From the NCBI GenBank assembly GCA_964610735.1, contig CAZSYH010000001.1, positions 24,642 to 88,641 on the forward strand: 64,000 nt of DNA. The letters run 5' to 3'. The first letter of the stretch is position 1. The number at the start of each line of letters is the position of its first letter. The notes under the pieces are model-generated. The model saw only the letters and a program-made list of their open reading frames with translations, was not told the origin of the DNA and searched no databases. Shown here one piece after another: positions 59,160 to 64,000 of this stretch. Source of the stretch: an uncultured Syntrophaceae bacterium (GTDB taxonomy: Bacteria; Desulfobacterota; Syntrophia; Syntrophales; UBA2210). A program made the position numbers and the translations under genes.

Positions 59160-61994
59160 ATGCTTAAAAAAAAGAAACTAACTTTTTTGACCTGGCTCGT
59201 ATGGTTCGCCCTGCTCTGCGCCATAACCATACACGGCACACCCCTGTACGCAAATTCAGAGGATATCGCAGGTTATCTGCCATCAGAAATCGGGCCGGTC
59301 ATAACGGAGATTACCGTACAGATTATTGACTATCCCGGCGATCCTTCAGAACTGACCAAAATGGCGCGGGAGTTTATTTTTCTTAAGGAGGGAGATCATT
59401 TCTCCGCGGATAAAATGGCACAGTCAATCGATGCCCTGAAATTGTCAAAACGGTTTCAGGAAATCGGCGTTGATTCTGAAGAAGAGCCGGACCGCATGGT
59501 TCTCAGATTTCAACTGAAACCTTTTCGATACGTCAAAAGCATTATCCTTGAAGGAGTATATCCTCTTTTTGAACGCGATGTTTTCAATGTCATGACAATG
59601 TACCCCGGTGACGTTTTTACTCAGGACGATCTTTCCCGGCAAATACAGCTAATCGAAAACCGTTATGAACAGGAGGGATTCGTAGACCCTCGTGTTTCCG
59701 TAACGTCAGATGAAGATATGAAAGACGGAAGTTTCGTTGTCCATATAAAAATAGAGAAGGGGCATTACTACCGGATTGACAGGCTCGATATTAATGGGAA
59801 TCAGAGATATTCCGACGCCATGGTCATGGCAAAAATGAAGGCCTGGCGGGATACTTTGTTTCCCGCGAGCGGGGGGCGCTTCATTGAAGGTAATTTAAAA
59901 CAGGACATCAAAAATCTTGTCCAGTTTTACCGGGACAAAGGTTGTTTTGATGTTCAGATCAGCCACACAGTATCAAAGAACCAGGAATCCGGTAACGTTG
60001 TCGTTGCACTGACGATTGCTGAAGGGTTGCGATACGAAATTGATTTCTCAGGCAACGATAATTTCCGGGATCGCACATTGAGAAAAGAACTCGCTTTTTC
60101 CACGGAGGGGAATATCAATAACCGGGGGCTGAAGAAGAGTATCAAAAAGCTCAAAGAAATGTATGAGGAGGCAGGATACCTGGAAGCGACAGTAACAATC
60201 GACAACCTGCAGGCCACTGATAATGCTGAGCCAGTCAGAGTGATACGGTTTATCATTGAAGAAGGGCCCTGTTCAATCGTGAGATCGATTCGGATCTCAG
60301 GAAATCACTCCATTGAGGAGGAAAAGATTCTTAAACAGATGCTGACACATATCGCAGGCTTTCGTGGTAAAGGCTTATATGTACCGAAAGTTCTGGAGGC
60401 GGACCTCTTTGCCATAAAATCGTTGTATCTCACGGAAGGATACATGGATACGGAGGTAAAGAAGGACCTCAACCTGAGTTATGATAAACAGGATGTCGCA
60501 ATTAGCATCACCATTAACGAGGGAATTCGAACCATCGTATCGGAATTGAAGATTACGGGGCTCAGCACCGTAGAAGGAGCAGTGGCCCTGAACGCCCTTA
60601 CCTTGAAGCAGGGGGAGCCTTTTCGAAAATATAATATAAGAGGTGACGAAAATGCCATTGCGGCGCTTGTTGCCGAAAAGGGATATCCTCATGTTACCGT
60701 CAAAGGCGAGGCGCTTATAAGCTCCGACAAATCAGAAGCCAGGGTCACATATAACGTTAATGAGGGCGCCTATGTTGAGATGGGCAATGTCTATTACGCT
60801 GGAAATTTCAGGACCCGCGAATCTATTTTGCAAAATGAGCTTGGGCTTGAAACCGGAGAACCTCTCTCGCTGGTAAGAATGCTTGAGGGACAGCGTAATA
60901 TCAGAAACATGGACATCTTTCAGAGTGTCCGCTTCAAGACAATAGGCCTCAAGGAAGAAGAAGATCGCGTGAATCTTCTCGTGGAGGTTGAGGAAAAGAA
61001 ACCCTATTTCATTGAAGCAGGTGCAGGATATGAGTCCGAAAGCGGCTTCTTTGCCCATTCAAAGGCGGGCGATCACAACCTCTTCGGGACAAACAAAAAT
61101 ACGTGGATAGGCGGCGAAATAAGCCAGATAGGGTATCGTGCGGACACGGGTCTGAACGAACCCAGGCTTTTCGGTTCACACGTTTCCGCAACACTGGCCT
61201 TGTTTACGGAACGGCGGGAGGAATTCAATCAGGATTTTGGAACACAGGTCTACGGCTCTTCATTGATGTTTTCCCGCAAATTCTTTACACACACAACAAC
61301 CGGCCTGGGGTTTCGTTACGAAAGGCGGGAACAGTTTCTTCGTGACGGGGAAGAAAATGCCCTTAAGACAAATGAAGACGATGAATTCGCGCCCAGAAGC
61401 CTTCTTGTCATTACACCGTCTATACGCTATGACAGCAGAGATTCCTTTATCCGCCCGCAGACAGGAGTGCTCTCCACTTTCTCCGTCGATATCTCAAAAG
61501 GTATTAGGGACTCTCTGGATGATTTTTTGCGTTACCGTCTCGATACGCGCTATTTTTTCACACCGTTTAAAAGGCTGACGTTCGCCCTGCTTGGCCGATG
61601 CGGTTATATACAAACATATGGTTCCGTGGGAAAGATTCCCGATGATCAGCTTTTTTTTCTTGGGGGGACCAGGGATGTGCGGGGATTCAGTGAAAATATG
61701 CTCAGATTCGATGAAAACAGCGATCCCCGGGGAGGGAGCGCGGTTCTCTCTGGCAGCCTGGAAGCCCGAATTCACCTTGGCCGCAATTTCGAAATCCCGT
61801 GCTTTTTTGACACAGGGACCGTTGAAGACTCTCTTGGAACAGTCAGATCAGGCAACTTCCGCTCGTCGATAGGGACGGGATTGCGATACATCACCCCAAT
61901 CGGCCCCATCGGTATACTTTACGGAATTAAAATCGACCCCAGAGAAGGCGAAAGCCGCGGCAGGTTTCACTTTTCAATAGGCTATACCTTCTGA
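59160..61994 (+). CDS. Omp85-family outer membrane protein assembly factor (TamA/BamA-like) with multiple POTRA domains
   Basis: 944 aa with a signal peptide. POTRA-like units repeat (I..I.I.GN......I....L....G..F), followed by a C-terminal 16-strand-type barrel ending in RFHFSIGYTF (terminal Phe). Confidence 0.85.
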   Translation: MLKKKKLTFLTWLVWFALLCAITIHGTPLYANSEDIAGYLPSEIGPVITEITVQIIDYPGDPSELTKMAREFIFLKEGDHFSADKMAQSIDALKLSKRFQEIGVDSEEEPDRMVLRFQLKPFRYVKSIILEGVYPLFERDVFNVMTMYPGDVFTQDDLSRQIQLIENRYEQEGFVDPRVSVTSDEDMKDGSFVVHIKIEKGHYYRIDRLDINGNQRYSDAMVMAKMKAWRDTLFPASGGRFIEGNLKQDIKNLVQFYRDKGCFDVQISHTVSKNQESGNVVVALTIAEGLRYEIDFSGNDNFRDRTLRKELAFSTEGNINNRGLKKSIKKLKEMYEEAGYLEATVTIDNLQATDNAEPVRVIRFIIEEGPCSIVRSIRISGNHSIEEEKILKQMLTHIAGFRGKGLYVPKVLEADLFAIKSLYLTEGYMDTEVKKDLNLSYDKQDVAISITINEGIRTIVSELKITGLSTVEGAVALNALTLKQGEPFRKYNIRGDENAIAALVAEKGYPHVTVKGEALISSDKSEARVTYNVNEGAYVEMGNVYYAGNFRTRESILQNELGLETGEPLSLVRMLEGQRNIRNMDIFQSVRFKTIGLKEEEDRVNLLVEVEEKKPYFIEAGAGYESESGFFAHSKAGDHNLFGTNKNTWIGGEISQIGYRADTGLNEPRLFGSHVSATLALFTERREEFNQDFGTQVYGSSLMFSRKFFTHTTTGLGFRYERREQFLRDGEENALKTNEDDEFAPRSLLVITPSIRYDSRDSFIRPQTGVLSTFSVDISKGIRDSLDDFLRYRLDTRYFFTPFKRLTFALLGRCGYIQTYGSVGKIPDDQLFFLGGTRDVRGFSENMLRFDENSDPRGGSAVLSGSLEARIHLGRNFEIPCFFDTGTVEDSLGTVRSGNFRSSIGTGLRYITPIGPIGILYGIKIDPREGESRGRFHFSIGYTF

Positions 61995-62108
61995 CATCCC
62001 TTTAAACACAAGGCGGAGAGTGTAAGATTTGCCGCAGGAGAGGCAAGACCTGACCCCTTTTTTTTGCTAACTTTTTTGAGTCCGGCCTGGTTCCCAAGTG
62101 ATATATTT

Positions 62109-64000
62109 TCAGTTGGAGATTTGTTCCAACGCCTCTTTTACTTCGGTCACAGGATATCTACACACCTTGTCCCGGCAAATATAAATCGTCGTTTGTCCCT
62201 CTATCAGTTTATCTTCAAGCAAGGATAATGTTCCCTCACTTTTTCCACCCGATAAAATAACATTGGGCAGGTAATGATTATCAAACCCTTTTCGTTTGGC
62301 TTCGCATTCTTTTCCTACAATAGCTACTTCGTGGGGCCCTTTGGCAAACCAGGCCATTAAAATATCCCAATTTGAATAATAAGCACCCCCCGCTAAAGCG
62401 CTTTGCTTTACATTATTAAGCATTCTTTTTGATTTCCGGATGTACTCGTCGTTGTAAAAATACCGTCCAAGTACAAACAGATTTTTTGCCATCTCGGAAT
62501 TTGAAGAAGGAATGACGTTGTCGGTGACTTCCATCTTTCGGGCTATTAATGCCGGGTCAATATCGGACGTATAATAAAACATCCCGCTGTCTTCGTCATA
62601 AAAATGAGCAACGGAATAGTTCGTTAACTGTCGCGCGTCTTGTAACCATTTTTCATCAAATGTAGCTTGATACAAAGAGATAAAAGCAGAAACAGTAAAG
62701 GCATAATCATCTAGAAAAGCGTTTATAGACGCCTTTCCATTCTTATAGTTTCTGTTTAACTTACCATCGGAAGTCTTTATTTTTGTAGTGATAAATTTGG
62801 CGTTTCCTAAAGCGACATCTAAATATTTTTTATTGTCAAAAACCCGATAGGCATCGACATACGCTTTCAGCATAAGGGCATTCCATGAAGTGAGAATTTT
62901 ATCATCAAGCCCCGGTCGAATCCGCCCAGCCCTTTCTTTTAATAATACTTTCTTTGCTTCCAGAACTCGTTTCGCCAGCTCGTTTTCTGTAATGTTATAG
63001 GTGTCCGCTATTTCTTTATCGCTCTCGGATTTAAATAAGATATTCTGCCCGTCTTCCCAGTTTCCCTCTTCTGTCACGCTGTAGTAGTCAATAATCAAAT
63101 CGGCCTTATTGCCTAATACCTTCTTCAATTCATCCCTCGTCCATACATAAAACTTCCCCTCTTCTCCCTCACTATCGGCGTCAAATGAAGAATAAAAACC
63201 GCCTTCCTTCGATGTCAGCTCCCTCTGTATGAAATACAGGGTTTCCCTTACAATGATTTTGTAACGGGGATCTTTGGTCTGTTGATAAACGGCAGAATAT
63301 AGACTGACGAGCTGCGCGTTGTCATACATCATCTTTTCAAAGTGAGGCACCTTCCAATACTCATCAGTAGAATATCGCGCAAAACCACCACCTATCTGGT
63401 CATAGATCCCGCCATCAGCCATCTTGTTCAAGGTTATTGTAACCGCCTTCAGTGCATCTGCATTTTGTGTAAGATGATGATAGTGAAGCAAAAACTGATA
63501 TCCAACAGACAACGGGAATTTCGGTGCTCCCTTGTGTCCCCCGTTTGTGTAATCTATATCGCTTTTCCAGGCGGCAAAGATACGATCCAGGTCGTTTATG
63601 GTAAATTCTGTTTTTTCAGTATTCAAGTACACCATTTCACTGGATTGCACTCCCTGTGTGAGTGCCTTTGCCTGCTGCTGTGCCTTATCAGGATTTTGTT
63701 TTACAAAATTTAATACCTGCGTGAGCATACTGATCCACTGCGCTTTCGGAAAATACGTGCCGCCATACACAGGTCGACCATCAGGCAGAGCGATACAATT
63801 TAAAGGCCATCCTCCGCTACCGGTAATCAACTGCACGGCATTCATATACACCTGATCAATGTCGGGCCTTTCCTCTCTGTCGACTTTAACAGCCACGAAA
63901 TGATCATTCATATATTTGGCGACTTCTTCGTCTTCGAAGCTTTCGTGCTCCATAACGTGGCACCAATGACAAGCCGCGTAACCAATGCTTATAACGATGA
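62109..64000 (-). CDS. thioredoxin-domain / N-acylglucosamine-2-epimerase-like protein (YyaL, DUF255 family), 5' end beyond the window
   Basis: The reading frame stays open to position 64000 (…IGYAACHWCHVMEHESF). It has the DUF255 thioredoxin-like motif, then GGWPLN and an (alpha/alpha)6-barrel-like region (GGIYDQIGGGFARYSTD). Its composition is markedly more AT-rich than the rest of the window. Confidence 0.85.
   Translation of the reverse strand, partial: IVISIGYAACHWCHVMEHESFEDEEVAKYMNDHFVAVKVDREERPDIDQVYMNAVQLITGSGGWPLNCIALPDGRPVYGGTYFPKAQWISMLTQVLNFVKQNPDKAQQQAKALTQGVQSSEMVYLNTEKTEFTINDLDRIFAAWKSDIDYTNGGHKGAPKFPLSVGYQFLLHYHHLTQNADALKAVTITLNKMADGGIYDQIGGGFARYSTDEYWKVPHFEKMMYDNAQLVSLYSAVYQQTKDPRYKIIVRETLYFIQRELTSKEGGFYSSFDADSEGEEGKFYVWTRDELKKVLGNKADLIIDYYSVTEEGNWEDGQNILFKSESDKEIADTYNITENELAKRVLEAKKVLLKERAGRIRPGLDDKILTSWNALMLKAYVDAYRVFDNKKYLDVALGNAKFITTKIKTSDGKLNRNYKNGKASINAFLDDYAFTVSAFISLYQATFDEKWLQDARQLTNYSVAHFYDEDSGMFYYTSDIDPALIARKMEVTDNVIPSSNSEMAKNLFVLGRYFYNDEYIRKSKRMLNNVKQSALAGGAYYSNWDILMAWFAKGPHEVAIVGKECEAKRKGFDNHYLPNVILSGGKSEGTLSLLEDKLIEGQTTIYICRDKVCRYPVTEVKEALEQISN

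Noticed and set aside
1-64000. CRISPR arrays, rRNA/tRNA genes, IS elements, prophage or defence-system genes
   Set aside because: I found no spaced direct repeats. No non-coding gap is longer than about 405 bp. I saw no transposase, Cas, reverse-transcriptase or restriction-type ORFs in any frame of the track. I cannot exclude small ncRNAs without covariance-model searches.

Overview
This 64-kb window looks like a mostly housekeeping chromosomal segment from a Gram-negative anaerobe. My guess is a Desulfobacterota/'Deltaproteobacteria'-like lineage such as Syntrophia. That guess rests only on gene content and order and was not checked against any database. About 58 densely packed CDSs account for nearly all of the sequence.

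Main gene groups, in order:
- LPS/Kdo export cluster: kdsA-kdsC-lptC-lptA-(lptB).
- xerD, followed by a sulfatase module: anSME, a Tat-signal Cys-type sulfatase and an unknown membrane protein.
- satP, a GH3 NagZ-like enzyme, and miaA coupled to a GT-A-like protein.
- A MATE pump, an SLT transglycosylase, a DUF1015 protein and a NIL-ferredoxin.
- A cluster of tRNA/rRNA and ribosome-biogenesis genes: mnmA-mtaB-rnc-(radical SAM)-era-der.
- A livKHMGF operon.
- A long minus-strand block: aspC-coaD-rsmD-asd-pssA-psd-tsaB-rseP-dxr-cdsA-uppS-frr-pyrH-tsf-rpsB-argJ-secA.
- An M23 peptidase and a split biotin carboxylase.
- A macro-domain plus radical-SAM gene pair.
- A tamB plus Omp85 pair.
- A 3'-terminal yyaL-like gene that is clearly more AT-rich than the rest.

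I found no rRNA or tRNA genes, CRISPR arrays, transposases or prophage genes, and I see no unambiguous novel system.

The best leads are:
- the miaA-coupled GT-A-like gene;
- the macro/radical-SAM (CX4CX2C) pair;
- the radical SAM gene wedged between rnc and era;
- the sulfatase module;
- a divergent carboxyltransferase subunit;
- an uncharacterised hydrolase/small-protein/membrane-protein trio;
- a few odd intergenic elements and the compositional break near 62 kb.

All functional calls come from motif recognition by eye. No BLAST or HMM search was possible.
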